Shown here piece by piece: positions 8,040 to 20,000 of a DNA stretch of 64,000 nt. The notes beneath the pieces were generated by a model, which was given only the letters and a program-made list of their open reading frames with translations, had not been told where the DNA came from and did no database searches. The position numbers and the translations under genes are program-made. Source of the stretch: Flavobacteriales bacterium (GTDB lineage: Bacteria; Bacteroidota; Bacteroidia; Flavobacteriales; CAJXXR01); contig JBMYWP010000006.1 in NCBI GenBank assembly GCA_049607525.1, positions 9,862-73,861 on the forward strand. Direction: 5' to 3'. Every line of letters starts with the position of its first letter. The first letter of the stretch is position 1.

Positions 8040-10678
8040 GAACCAAGGTTCGGTCTCAACCACTTACGTCCTTCTTCTAGTGGAATATTTAAACGATTAC
8101 AATAATCAATTAATTGATCTTCTCCGATTTTTCCAACGGCAAAATATCGACTTTCTGGGTGTGAAAAATAATATCCTGAAACCGATGCTGCCGGATACAT
8201 GGCTAAATTTTCGGTTAAGGAAACTCCAATTCGCTTTTCAACATCTAAGAGTTTAAAAATAGTCTTCTTTTCTTGATGATCTGGACAAGCTGGATAACCA
8301 GGAGCCGGTCTAATTCCTTGATAATTTTCTTTTACAAAATCGGCTTTTGTTAAAGTTTCCTTTGGTACATAAGCCCAATACTCCTTTCTTATTTTTTCGT
8401 GAAGATATTCCGCAAAAGCCTCAGCAATTCTATCGGCTAAAGCCAAATAAAGAATACCATTATAGTCATCGCCTTGGTCTTTAAACTTTTGGGCTTCATC
8501 TTCAAAATAACGCCCTGCAGTTACGCAAAAACTTCCTACATAGTCGGGTTGGTGACTCGAAATAAAATCCGACAAAGCATAATATTTAGCATCTTCGCCT
8601 TTCTTTTCCTTTTGTTGCCTTATGGTAAAAAATGTATCATAAACCGATGATCTTTCATCGTTTCGGTAAAGTAAAATATCATCGTTTTGCTTTTTAGCTG
8701 GAAATATTCCCCAAACCCCATGAATTCCTAAATCTCTATTTCTCTCCAATTTATCCAACACCTTTTGAGCATCGTCAAAAAGTTGTTGAGCCGATTCGTT
8801 TTTCAACACTTTCGGATACTGACCTTTTATATTCCAAGTCCAGAAAAATGGTGACCAATCGATATAATTTCTTAAAACCGAAAGACTCATATTTTTTTCT
8901 TCATGAACCCCTTTTAACAAAGGTTTTGGAGGCAAATAATCTTCGGGAATTTCGAAAGCATTTTCTCTAGCTTTTTCAATGTTTACAAAAACATCTTTTT
9001 GCTTTTTATTTAAATACCCTTCTCTTAGTTTTTGATATTGATTTTTGATGTTAATTTCAAAATCTTCTGGCTTTGACAAAGCTTCACTTACAATTGTTAC
9101 CGCCTTAGAAGCATCGGTAATATAGACCACCGATTTTTCATATTCTGGATCAATTTTAACTGCCGTGTGTGTTGGCGAAGTGGTTGCTCCCCCAATCAAC
9201 AAAGGAATATTTAATCCATTTCGTTTCATTTCTTTGGCTACAAAAACCATTTCGTCTAAACTTGGCGTAATCAATCCACTCAAACCAATGGCGTCTACTT
9301 TATGGTTAATGGCTTCTTGAATAATTTTATCAGCCGAAACCATGATTCCAAGATCGATAATCTCATAATTATTACAAGCCAAAACAACCGACACAATATT
9401 TTTTCCAATATCGTGAACATCACCTTTTACCGTTGCCATTAATATTTTACCTGCACTCTGAGCTCCACCTTGCTTCGATTCTTCAATAAAAGGTTCTAGA
9501 TAAGCCACGGCTTTTTTCATAACACGAGCCGACTTTACAACCTGAGGCAAAAACATTTTTCCAGATCCGAACAGATCACCCACAATTCCCATTCCCGTCA
9601 TTAAAGGTCCTTCAATAACCTGAATCGGAAGCTTGAAATTAGTGCGAATCTCTTCAACATCATCAACAATAAACTTGTCAATACCTTTTACCAAAGCGTG
9701 ATTTATTCTATCGGCAACAGGCAACAAACGCCATTCGTCAATCTTCTTTTCTTCCTTTTTGGTTCCTGTAATAGATTCCGCATACTCCAATAAATCATCA
9801 ACGGCTTCATCGTGTCTGTTTAGTAAAACATCTTCAATCTTTTCCATTAATTCCTTTGGAACATTGTCATAAACCTCCAATAAATTGGGATTTACTATCC
9901 CCATAGTTAACCCATTGTTGATGGCATGAAACAAGAAAGATGCGTGAATCGCCTCTCTCATGGTATTGTTTCCTCTAAACGAAAATGACACGTTACTAAC
10001 CCCACCACAAATATTTACATTCGGGAGATTTTCGCGAATCCATTTACAAGCATTAATAAAATCTAAAGCCGCTGTTTTATGCTCTTCCATTCCTGTGGCT
10101 ACAGGAAAAATATTGGGATCGAAAATAATATCTTCGGTCGGGAAATTTATTGTTTTAAGCAGATTGTAAGACCGCTCACAAATCTGAATTCTTCTTTCGT
10201 AATTATCCGCCTGTCCGTTTTCATCAAAAGCCATAACCACAACGGCAGCACCAAATTTCTTGATGTATTTGGCCTGTTCTAAAAACTCTTTTTCTCCATT
10301 TTTTATGGATATGGAATTGACAATACATTTTCCCTGAACACATTTAAGTCCGGCTTCAATAATTTCCCATTTTGAGCTATCAATCATTAACGGTACACGA
10401 GAAATATCGGGTTCGGAAGCAATAAGAAACAAGAATTTCTCCATAGATTCTTTACCATCAATCAGTCCGTCGTCCATATTGATGTCAATAATTTGAGCAC
10501 CACCTTCTACCTGATCTCGGGCAATATCTAAGGCCTCTTCAAATTTTTCTTCTTTTATTAAACGTAAAAAACGTTTAGAACCTGCCACATTGGTACGTTC
10601 ACCAATATTGATAAAATTAGAATTCTCGCGAAGAACAACCGATTCTAAACCTGATAATTGTAATGATTTATGAGACAT
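8036..10678 (-). CDS. metH: Cobalamin-dependent methionine synthase: pterin-binding, B12-binding and reactivation domains
   Basis: [22 protein letters not shown]12 motif, [12 protein letters not shown]. Probable start MSHKSL at 10678, overlapping the upstream stop. Confidence 0.97.
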   Translation of the reverse strand: MSHKSLQLSGLESVVLRENSNFINIGERTNVAGSKRFLRLIKEEKFEEALDIARDQVEGGAQIIDINMDDGLIDGKESMEKFLFLIASEPDISRVPLMIDSSKWEIIEAGLKCVQGKCIVNSISIKNGEKEFLEQAKYIKKFGAAVVVMAFDENGQADNYERRIQICERSYNLLKTINFPTEDIIFDPNIFPVATGMEEHKTAALDFINACKWIRENLPNVNICGGVSNVSFSFRGNNTMREAIHASFLFHAINNGLTMGIVNPNLLEVYDNVPKELMEKIEDVLLNRHDEAVDDLLEYAESITGTKKEEKKIDEWRLLPVADRINHALVKGIDKFIVDDVEEIRTNFKLPIQVIEGPLMTGMGIVGDLFGSGKMFLPQVVKSARVMKKAVAYLEPFIEESKQGGAQSAGKILMATVKGDVHDIGKNIVSVVLACNNYEIIDLGIMVSADKIIQEAINHKVDAIGLSGLITPSLDEMVFVAKEMKRNGLNIPLLIGGATTSPTHTAVKIDPEYEKSVVYITDASKAVTIVSEALSKPEDFEINIKNQYQKLREGYLNKKQKDVFVNIEKARENAFEIPEDYLPPKPLLKGVHEEKNMSLSVLRNYIDWSPFFWTWNIKGQYPKVLKNESAQQLFDDAQKVLDKLERNRDLGIHGVWGIFPAKKQNDDILLYRNDERSSVYDTFFTIRQQKEKKGEDAKYYALSDFISSHQPDYVGSFCVTAGRYFEDEAQKFKDQGDDYNGILYLALADRIAEAFAEYLHEKIRKEYWAYVPKETLTKADFVKENYQGIRPAPGYPACPDHQEKKTIFKLLDVEKRIGVSLTENLAMYPAASVSGYYFSHPESRYFAVGKIGEDQLIDYCNRLNIPLEEGRKWLRPNLGS

Positions 10679-11672
10679 GATTCGGGATTTGACGTGGTTT
10701 AAAATTCTGTACACTTTCGGCTATTGCCTGAATATGAGCTGGAGAAGTTCCACAGCATCCGCCCAAAATGTTTAAGGTGCCTTGCTCTAAAAAGGGCACT
10801 AATTGTCGGACCATATCCTCTGGATTTTGGTCGTATTCTCCAAATTCGTTGGGTAAACCCGCATTGGGGTGAGCAGATGTTCCGCCACCACAAATATGAC
10901 TCAACTCAACCGAATAGGGTAAAAGTTGACTTGCACCCAAGGCACAATTAAACCCAATAGTCATTGGATTTACATGTTTTACGGAAATAAAAAAAGCTTC
11001 GAGGGTTTGACCAGAAAGTAATCTTCCCGAGGCATCGGTAATGGTTCCAGAAATCATAATAGGAATTTCTTTTCCAATTTCTTCGAATACATTTTGGGTG
11101 GCAAATAAAGCGGCCTTTGCATTTAAGGTATCAAAAATAGTTTCGATTAATAAAGTATCCACTCCGCCATCAATCAATCCTTTAATTTGTAAGGTATAGG
11201 CATCTACCAATTCATCAAAACTGATGTTTCTAAATCCAGGTCGATTCACATCTGGAGAGAGACTTGCCGTTCGATTGGTTGGCCCAACTGATCCGGCCAC
11301 AAATCTAGGTTTATCAGGATTCATTGCCGTATATTCATCACAAATTTCACGTGCAATTTTTGCACCTTCGTAATTCATATCGTAAACGGCATCTACCAAA
11401 TCATAATCCAACATACTCACCGAAGTAGACGAAAACGTATTGGTTTCCACAATATCAGCCCCAGCTTTTAGGTAAGCTTCATGGATTTCTTTTATTACTT
11501 GAGGTTTGGTAATATTCAAAAGGTCGTTATTTCCTTTTAAATCGCATGAATGGTTGGCAAAACGTTCTCCTCTAAAATCAGATTCGTTTAATCCATAACC
11601 TTGAATCATGGTTCCCATGGCTCCATCAAGTACGAGTATTCTTTTTTGAATTTCTTCCTGTATAGTTGACAT
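10668..11672 (-). CDS. metH: Homocysteine S-methyltransferase domain protein (N-terminal part of split MetH)
   Basis: [24 protein letters not shown] and GGCCGT Zn-ligand motifs. Confidence 0.95.
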   Translation of the reverse strand: MSTIQEEIQKRILVLDGAMGTMIQGYGLNESDFRGERFANHSCDLKGNNDLLNITKPQVIKEIHEAYLKAGADIVETNTFSSTSVSMLDYDLVDAVYDMNYEGAKIAREICDEYTAMNPDKPRFVAGSVGPTNRTASLSPDVNRPGFRNISFDELVDAYTLQIKGLIDGGVDTLLIETIFDTLNAKAALFATQNVFEEIGKEIPIMISGTITDASGRLLSGQTLEAFFISVKHVNPMTIGFNCALGASQLLPYSVELSHICGGGTSAHPNAGLPNEFGEYDQNPEDMVRQLVPFLEQGTLNILGGCCGTSPAHIQAIAESVQNFKPRQIPNHVS

Positions 11673-11722
11673 AAACTTGTTTTTACAGGAAAGATGTCGA
11701 GAACCGACAATCTATTTTTATT

Positions 11723-11825
11723 GTTATCTATCCAAATTTAATTGGTAGAATTTAGCACCTTCTTTCCATACTGAAAGGGTTGCTAAGGCTTCATTGGGTC
11801 TAATCCCTTCACCTTTCCTTATAAC
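11723..11825 (-). ncRNA. SAM-I riboswitch
   Basis: Minus strand GUUAUAAGGAAAGGUGAAGGGAUUAGACCCAAUGAAGCCUUAGCAACC...AAGGUGCUAAAUUCU...AGAUAAC: P1, kink-turn P2, GCAACC/GGUGC P3, UUAG/CUAA pseudoknot, P4. Lies upstream of metH-metF. Confidence 0.93.
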
Positions 11826-11832
11826 ATTGAGG

Positions 11833-11865
11833 CAAATATAGAGATAAAAATGAATGGTTTGCAAA
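11833..11865 (-). promoter_or_regulatory. Bacteroidota housekeeping-sigma promoter of the met operon
   Basis: Minus strand TTTG (11865-11862), 21 nt, TATATTTG (11840-11833), 7 nt before the riboswitch. Confidence 0.8.
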
Positions 11866-12943
11866 TGTTTTAGAAAATAAAATGAATAAATCGTTTTCAA
11901 ATTCGCTATTATTAAGAAGATTTCAACCACTAAAATAATTTTAAATAAAGGAATACGATTTCTCGATTTTATAAAATTACATTATTTATTATAACATTAA
12001 CACCCAGATACATATTTACTTACACATGCCCTCATCCAAGTTGGTATTTTAAAACTTCTAATTTATATTTACTTTTAAAAGTCAGTAAATAACATAATTC
12101 CATTTTCATCGTTTTAAAAAGACTTCTGTCGAGGAATTACCCAAACAACCTACTTCTTTTCAAATCAAAACTTACACCTTCTCTTACTTTATTTAGCAAA
12201 TGAATTATCACTTAGAACCTTTCTAAAACAATACTGGTATATAGATATTCTGGAACGTAAATCTAATTCTTTAATTAGTCATGTCACGAGGGACAAACTA
12301 TAATTATTTTCTCTCTGTTTTAGAACTTGATGAATTCAAAGTAAACCATAGACATATCTATTTTCATGATATATCTCAAGAATCAAATCGCGTAAGGTTT
12401 GAAATTTTAAGACTATCATTTATAATGCTTTACATTTTCAATTATAAAAACTACTTGAACTTATTTTTAGAGTTTTACACACCAAATCAACAAGAGATTG
12501 TTTCAATAAATAATGGGTTAATTTATTAACCTCCTGTCGCTCGAGGAAATGATGCTCCAACTACATCGTTATGCCATCTATTTTATTTTCGAAATTTGGT
12601 AAAAAAGACAGCATAACGCATTCTTGATAAATTAAAACACAACAAACCTATGTTCAAGTAAGATTGGAAAAGGTTTGTTGTGAATTATAAATGTATTGGT
12701 AAAGATCCACAATAACTAATAAAATATAGTAATCTGTGGCTTTAACAGACGATAAGACATGAGCAATATAGATTAACAAAAAAAAGATTAACTTGTATCC
12801 TTATTACCAACCATTAATAGGTTTGAAAAGTCAGAACATATTAAAAAAATATACACTGAAAGTCAAATTAATAAATAAACATCTTAGAAAAAACAGGTTC
12901 TAGGTGTTTTATGGAAAAACAAAAACCAATAAACATTAACACT

Positions 12944-13570
12944 ATGAAAAATAACACACAAATTACAGTATTACTTATCTGTTTTCTTTGTTCTAGTTTT
13001 GTCTTTGCACAAGAAAACAATACATCAAAATTCAACATCATAACACTAGGTGGAATTGGCTATGGTAAAGTGAAAAATGATAAAGAACCCACATATAATT
13101 TGAATAGTAATAGCGGAGAAATATTAGTAAACTATAATTTCTCTGACCATTTTGGTGTGGCAACAGGATTTGGTTACAATGAATTATCGGGGAATGGTTT
13201 TAATACATTAGGACAATTCTATCATGAAAGAAGATTAATAAAAACACCTTTACTCTTTACATTGAAAGGTGACTTGTCTGAAAAATTAGAGTTTTTCGCA
13301 AATTTTGGTCTATATGCCCAAACCGTTGTTAAGGATAAATACCAGTATTTAACTGAAATAAGAGAAGACGAATATGACGGATGGAATTTTGGAACCCAGT
13401 TTGGGATAGGTGTACTATTTCCATTTATGGATCATATGAAATTTGGATTTTCTTTTCAAGGTCAGTCCGATTTTAGCAACTTCAAATCAAAAACATCTGC
13501 GGATATTAAAGACAAACAAAAAATGATTGAATTTAATACGATTGGGTTAATTATTAAGTTTGAATTGTAG
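12944..13570 (+). CDS. Outer membrane beta-barrel domain protein
   Basis: Signal peptide ending VFAQ, alternating beta-strand pattern, C-terminal IIKFEL. Start at MKNNTQ preferred over 12911. Confidence 0.8.
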   Translation: MKNNTQITVLLICFLCSSFVFAQENNTSKFNIITLGGIGYGKVKNDKEPTYNLNSNSGEILVNYNFSDHFGVATGFGYNELSGNGFNTLGQFYHERRLIKTPLLFTLKGDLSEKLEFFANFGLYAQTVVKDKYQYLTEIREDEYDGWNFGTQFGIGVLFPFMDHMKFGFSFQGQSDFSNFKSKTSADIKDKQKMIEFNTIGLIIKFEL

Positions 13571-13619
13571 GTGATTTTGTTTGTTAAAGAAAAAGAAGGA
13601 AGTAAAAATCAAAAAAATA

Positions 13620-14357
13620 ATGAAAATCAAAGATAAATTTATCACCTTTGTAATTCTCACCCTATCCGTTGTTGGAATATTATCCTTTACATTAAACCAG
13701 AGCAATAACAATAGACATATTCTTTCTCATATTGTTGATCTCAAAAAGCAAACCCTCAAATTCTATTGGAAAAACGATAAAGGTGAAAACTTTAATAATT
13801 TTGGTGGACTCAAAAATTGGTTAAAATCAAATAAGGAGCAATTAATTTTTGCAACCAATGGTGGCATGTATAATAGAGATCAATCTCCTCAAGGCTTATA
13901 TATAGAACAAGGGAAAACACTTGCCAAAATAGATACCGTGGAGAACGGATATGGTAATTTTTATATGCAACCTAATGGTATTTTTTATATTACGAACAAC
14001 AATGAAGGCGTTGTTTGCAAAACAAAAGATTTTAAGAATATTAATGTAAAATATGCCACTCAATCTGGACCTCTTTTACTTATAGATGGACGAATACATT
14101 CCAAATTTATGGAAGGTTCTAAGAACTTAAACATTAGAAATGGAGTTGGGATCCTTCCAAATGGCAACCTACTCTTTGCCATGTCTAAAGAGAAAATAAA
14201 TTTCTACGATTTTGCCACATACTTTAAAAGTCAAGGCTGTAAAAATGCATTGTATTTAGACGGATTTGTATCTAAAACGTATTTACCTGATAAAAATTGG
14301 AAATCCATTGATGGAAAGTTTGGTGTAATGATTGGCGAAACTAAAACAATCAATTAA
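13620..14357 (+). CDS. Phosphodiester glycosidase family protein (YigE/DUF2233-like)
   Basis: FATNGGMY, GNFYMQPNGIF, ATQSGPLL, IRNGVG and ALYLDG motifs. Confidence 0.88.
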   Translation: MKIKDKFITFVILTLSVVGILSFTLNQSNNNRHILSHIVDLKKQTLKFYWKNDKGENFNNFGGLKNWLKSNKEQLIFATNGGMYNRDQSPQGLYIEQGKTLAKIDTVENGYGNFYMQPNGIFYITNNNEGVVCKTKDFKNINVKYATQSGPLLLIDGRIHSKFMEGSKNLNIRNGVGILPNGNLLFAMSKEKINFYDFATYFKSQGCKNALYLDGFVSKTYLPDKNWKSIDGKFGVMIGETKTIN

Positions 14358-14594
14358 ACCATTCTAGAATCATGTATTAAGCATCTAAAATAAAACGTTT
14401 TGATATATTTTATAACATGACGAACTACATATTTTTGAGCAGATACTAAAATACAGAACGCAAGATATTACACCTACATTAACTTATTATTTTTTTGCCA
14501 AGATAGAGCGTAAATATTGTTTGTGATTAAAAACGTAAGCCTTAGAAATTCATAAAAAACAAGAAAACAAACAACTATAAACTAATATAATAAT

Positions 14595-15146
14595 ATGTGG
14601 TCTATAAACGAATTACAAAACGTGTGGCACTTAGCCGCAAAATTGCACAACGGACAAAAATATGGAGGACAAGAAGAAGGTGAAACCTTAGAATATTTAA
14701 ATCATATAGGAAGTGTTACTTTTGAAATTCTAAATGCAATACAAATAGAAGGTGAAAAAATAAATTCTGATTTAGCCATAAAATGTGCTGTATTACATGA
14801 TTCTATTGAAGACACCGAACAGTCTTTCGAACAAATAAAAGAGCTCTTCGGACTTGAAGTTGCTCTTGGAATAATGGCATTAACGAAGGATAAACAACTT
14901 CAACCAAAAGAAAAAATGATGTTAGACAGCCTAAACCGAATAAAAAAACAACCAAAAGAAGTTTGGGCCGTTAAAATGGCAGATAGAATTTGTAATCTTT
15001 ATGCCCCACCCTATTCTTGGAGTAAAGAACGAAAAGAAAAATACCTAAAAGAAGCCCGACTTATTCATAGAGCATTGAAAGATGGAAATAAGTATTTGGC
15101 AAATAGGTTAGAAGAAAAGATAAACGAATATTCGAAATATTTTTAA
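14595..15146 (+). CDS. Stand-alone RelA/SpoT-type HD hydrolase (small alarmone hydrolase, Mesh1-like)
   Basis: HNGQKY, YLNH, AVLHDSIEDT, LTKD and VKMADRICNL motifs; no synthetase domain. Confidence 0.85.
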   Translation: MWSINELQNVWHLAAKLHNGQKYGGQEEGETLEYLNHIGSVTFEILNAIQIEGEKINSDLAIKCAVLHDSIEDTEQSFEQIKELFGLEVALGIMALTKDKQLQPKEKMMLDSLNRIKKQPKEVWAVKMADRICNLYAPPYSWSKERKEKYLKEARLIHRALKDGNKYLANRLEEKINEYSKYF

Positions 15147-15193
15147 TCACTCATTTAGGTGTATTACTCATTTTATCAACACATAAAACAGGA

Positions 15194-15916
15194 ATGAAAG
15201 TACCAAAAATAAAAGGCATAATAGAACGACGGATTCTCATTAATTACCAGGTAGACAAAGAGGTCTTAGAAAGATATTTACCCAAACCATTTAAACCAAA
15301 ATTGATAAATGGAAAAGGCATAGCAGGCATCTGTTTAATCCGCCTTAAAGAAATTAGACCCAAAGGACTTCCAAAACAAGTTGGTTTTTCATCGGAAAAT
15401 GGTGCCCATAGAATTGCTGTTGAGTGGTTGGAAAATGGAATATTAAAAGAAGGGGTTTATATTCCAAGACGAGATACATCTTCTAAATTAAATTCATTTT
15501 TAGGAGGACGATTTTTTCCAGGCCTTCACTATTTTGCAAAATTTACGACCAAAGAACAAAATGGGCATTTTGAAGTTGGTTTTATGAGTGAAGACAATAC
15601 TTCTTTACTGATAAAAGCAAAACAAACGAACAAATGGAATAAAGACAGCGTATTTGAAAACCTACAATGTGTTTCAGATTTTTTTGAACAAGGTGCTCAA
15701 GGCTATTCTCCAAATAAAAATGAATTTGAAGGTCTTGAACTTAAAGCTTATAACTGGAAAATGACTCTTTTAGATGTTGAAGAGGTAGATTCAAGCTTTT
15801 TTAATGACGAAAAAATATTCCCTAAAGGATCGGTTAAGTTTGATAATGCTCTATTGATGACAGATATTGAACATGAATGGATTGAATTAGATAGCATCAA
15901 TCGAAATATTGATTAA
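15194..15916 (+). CDS. DUF2071 (YqjF-like) domain protein
   Basis: IERRILINY, GICLIRL, SENGAHRIAVEW and GVYIPRRDT motifs. Confidence 0.8.
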   Translation: MKVPKIKGIIERRILINYQVDKEVLERYLPKPFKPKLINGKGIAGICLIRLKEIRPKGLPKQVGFSSENGAHRIAVEWLENGILKEGVYIPRRDTSSKLNSFLGGRFFPGLHYFAKFTTKEQNGHFEVGFMSEDNTSLLIKAKQTNKWNKDSVFENLQCVSDFFEQGAQGYSPNKNEFEGLELKAYNWKMTLLDVEEVDSSFFNDEKIFPKGSVKFDNALLMTDIEHEWIELDSINRNID

Positions 15917-16147
15917 ATCACCTTTTCTAGCTTAAGAAAACAAAATAAAAAATTAATAATCAAACGCATTAAACAGGTTTATTATCATTTTTTTTTATAA
16001 AAACGACCAAATAATAGATATTTTACAGTGCCATAATTTCACAAAAATTAAACAATTATAAGATTTAATAAGAACAAACTCAACATTCAAACAAAGAAGA
16101 AATATTATATTGCACTACTATTTAATAAACATTTAGAATCATTCATT

Positions 16148-16885
16148 ATGAGAAAATGCATATTCTTTATCTTGGCATCTTTCCTGTTATTTTCATGTTC
16201 AAATGAAAAGACGAAAACATTTGAAACGGGAAATTTCTGGAAGATAACATCTAATTCGGGTGTTGAATCATTTATCTTCGGAACCATCCATTTATATCCA
16301 AAAGATGAATTGGAACTTTCCCAAAATATCATTTCTAAATTAGAACATTCAGAAATTCTTGCACTGGAAAGAGATATTACTAACAAAAGTAATCAAGAAC
16401 AATTGTCAACCAGCAAGCAAATGCAATTTATTATTAAAATGTATAAGGCCTTAGCCTCGGCATATGGAAATAATTTAATATCTATGGAGGGTGAATTGAT
16501 TGATGTTGCCTTAAAAAATCATATTGCCATTTCTGGACTTGAAACAACCGATGAAATAATAGAAACTTTTGAAAAAACAAACCTTTTTGACTCTCAAATG
16601 CTAGATATGAAACCAGAACAAATCATTGAAGAGTTTACATTAACCCTTAATATGTATAAATCAGAACAAATTCTTCAAATCAAAGATTCTTTATCATCAA
16701 TATGGCCAAAAGAAATGGAAGAATTAATCGTAAACGAAAGAAATAGAAATTGGATAGATGACATCATTCAACTCATAGAAAAAAAACAAACTTTTATTGC
16801 AGTTGGCCAGGCACATTTGGGCGGTAAAGATGGACTTATTCAATTGTTGAACAATAAAGGCTATAAAATAGAACGCGTATATTAA
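16148..16885 (+). CDS. TraB/GumN family lipoprotein
   Basis: Lipobox LFSC; FIFGTIHL, GLET, ERNRNW and FIAVGQAHL motifs. Confidence 0.88.
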   Translation: MRKCIFFILASFLLFSCSNEKTKTFETGNFWKITSNSGVESFIFGTIHLYPKDELELSQNIISKLEHSEILALERDITNKSNQEQLSTSKQMQFIIKMYKALASAYGNNLISMEGELIDVALKNHIAISGLETTDEIIETFEKTNLFDSQMLDMKPEQIIEEFTLTLNMYKSEQILQIKDSLSSIWPKEMEELIVNERNRNWIDDIIQLIEKKQTFIAVGQAHLGGKDGLIQLLNNKGYKIERVY

Positions 16886-17040
16886 TGGAACTCCCATTTT
16901 ATTTCAACCTATTTTGAATCAACATGCCTTCAAATTTAACCTAAACCCTAACATACTCTACAAATTACAAGATTTACTCAGAGAAAATCGGGTGCTTTTA
17001 ATTTTTTGGTTAATTTTAGAGCAATATGTAACATAATAAT

Positions 17041-20000
17041 ATGATTTGTAAACACTGTTCTTCCGATAATTTAAATAACGTTTATTTCTGTGGCCATTGT
17101 CACAAATTACTTTATAGTCCTGATTTTACAATATCTAGGTTGCAATTAAAACTCGATCAAATACAGAGCAAACACAACAAAGAAATTAGTGAAATACGTG
17201 AAGAATTATACAAAGTACAAAACTATATTCTCAAAGTAAATGAAGTAGATAAACCGGAAGTTATTCAAAGGCCAAAGCCAGTTGTTTTACCTTATCAAAA
17301 ACCGGAGAGCGCGCCAATAAAAGAGGTTACAAAGCCTATTTCTCCTGAGGAAATTACCAAAAACGCAGAGCAAAAGACCAAAGAAGAGGTTAAAGAAGTA
17401 AAAATTACCCAAAGTAATACTCAAACAGATAAAGAAGAGGTTGTACAAACCTACAAAACCGTTGAACCTGTCAACAAACCAATAATATTAGAAGAACCTA
17501 AAGAACCTTCTAAACTTTGGTTGGCATTTCAAGATTTTATTTCTCCTTTATATGATGGATTAGATCTGATTACCGAAACCTATTCTAATTATAAGAAAGA
17601 AGGGAAACTACCTATCTTCTTTATGACCATTGGAGGTATCTTGGCCATACTATTTGGTGTTGGATATTTTTTACCAATGTCATTCGAAATGATGGGAGAC
17701 TACGGTGAGATTGTAAAATTAGGATTAAGTTTAGTATTCTCTTTGGCCATCGGGTTCTTTGGGATGCGGTTACACAAAAAAGACGGCAAGTATCAAGAAT
17801 ACAGCTCGGCACTCATAAGTTTATGCCTTTCTTTAAACTATTTAATTGTCTATTTCTTTTCAACCCTACTTCACTTTCCGGCATTGTCGTCGGCACAATT
17901 CGGATTCTTCCTCATTGTAGCCAATACAGGGCTTGCATTATGGGCCGCATTTACGTATAAAACAAAAATAATATCGGTATTAAGTTTGTTAGGCGGTGCT
18001 TTATCTCCATTGTTTTTGCATGCATCTGGAAATCCCGATTTTTATTTCACATACCTCCTATTGCTTATCGCATCTGCTAATTTTATTGCATTAAAAATAA
18101 AATGGTTTCACCTAAATTACATTTCATTTGTCCTGTTTTTGGTATTAACAGAATCAAATGTAATCATGGAGTCGTCGCATTCGGTTTGGTTTATATTTTT
18201 ACTTCATGGTTTTGCTTACCTCTTCTTTTACATTGTATTGTTTAGAGGTAAAAGGCTTAAACAAGACCTTACAAAAATAGATCTTGTTATATTGGCCGGA
18301 AACTTGAGTGTATTTTTGTTTAATTTATACGACTGTATTCCAAACTTTAAAACACTTGGATTTATATACCTCGCAAACGGTGTTATATTTTCTTTGCTAT
18401 TGGTAAAAACCTGGTCTTCTATAACCAAAAACCTAAAAATAAGTTTCTTTATTAGTATCGGATCTTTCATTGGACTTGCCATTCCTTTTTTATTGGGGCA
18501 AAGTTTAATGGGATTATTCTGGTCTATAGAAGCCATTGCCCTTATCACGTTAGGATTTACTTATAAACTGTATTCTATACGAAAAGAGGGTTATATTATA
18601 TTGACAATTGCCATTGGAAAGCTCCTCTTTTCGAGTTATGCTCTTATTGTTGATTGGGATTCTACCATCTTTCACAACGGATTAATCAACTACATTCTTT
18701 TTGGAGGTGTGATTACTTTATTATGGGTTATTAGCCTAAAAAACAAAGCAGAGTTTACATTGTTTGAACAGAAATTGTTTGCTTTTATTCTCGAAATATT
18801 ACCACTTTGGATGTCTAGTGTCGTGTTTATCTTCGGATTTTATTATTTAGAGCTTCATGTTTTAAATCTGATGATGATTCCGATGCTTGGTTTATTCTTT
18901 TGGACAAAAAAATTCGATACCATATCTTCAAATTTCTTTGGCTTTTTACATTTTATTTTCCTTTTTGCGGCCATTGGTCTATCATTTAGTGAGGTAAATT
19001 CATTCCGATTTACGCACCAAACCTTAGGTGGTAAAATTGGTCTTATAGAAGTTATATTATGCTTCGGATTTTTGAAATTACTCTTCGAACAATTAAAATT
19101 TACAACCAAAACATCTTATAAACTGGCCTATGCATTAAGAGTATTGTTCTTATTTACCATTCCAATAATCTTCGCTAAACAAATACACCGCCATTTAGAA
19201 GCATTTTTTGTTTCATCGGTTTGGATAAGTATGATGATAACCTACTTACTACACAAAAAATTCAAGCATAGAGTCTTATTTTTTGAATTCTTTTTGATTG
19301 GCGCAGCAGCATTGTGCATCAACGTTTACAATTTTTCGTTGCTAAGTATTGGCATTGGTATACTTACTTTATTAGCACTTTTGTTTTTAGAAAAAGTTCA
19401 AAAACCAAATGCATTAGAAACCTCAAAATATCAGATATTCTTATACATCATACCGTTTATCATCTCGGGATTAATAGGTTTTGCCTTATACAAATTAAAT
19501 ATCTGTAAACCAGATCTCGCATTTATCATTTCGTCGTTATTATTGGCAGTATATTATCAGTTTCATAAAGTGTTGTTGGTTTTCCAGACAAAACAATATG
19601 GTATTATGGTGAGTTTAGCTGTAGGTATTGCTGGAGCATTCTTATCTTGGAATTCAAATCCATCTTTATTGAACCTGATATTCATTTTAATACTGGCCTT
19701 GGCATTTTCTCGCATCTTTTATATTTATCAAAACGCATCAAAGGCAAACCATGAATATAAAATACAGCAAGAAAGCAGCTTTTTGTTATTTTCTTTATGG
19801 ATGATTTGGTTTGGTTTATTAACACAAACCCTCATACACTATCACGTTGGCTTTGTATCTATTCTTTTGGCTTTTGGCGTATTAATTGTAATCGAAAAAA
19901 AGAAGCATATAGATATTTTATTGGATGAGTTTGAACAAAATTTATCACAAAACCTACATTTCATTCTGTTTCCATTAATTTGTATCTTATTTGTTTTCAA

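Noticed and set aside
8036-11672. metH in two ORFs as a frameshift or pseudogene
   Set aside because: The split falls at the domain boundary with an 11-bp start/stop overlap, and split MetH is normal in Flavobacteriia.
11724-11930. 68-aa ORF as a leader peptide
   Set aside because: It spans the promoter and riboswitch, starting upstream of the predicted transcription start.
11950-12529. 82-aa ORF 12281..12529 or a minus-strand pseudogene
   Set aside because: No recognisable motif. Short protein-like fragments on the minus strand (SIINDSLKISNLTRFDS) hint at a decayed gene but cannot be supported without a search.
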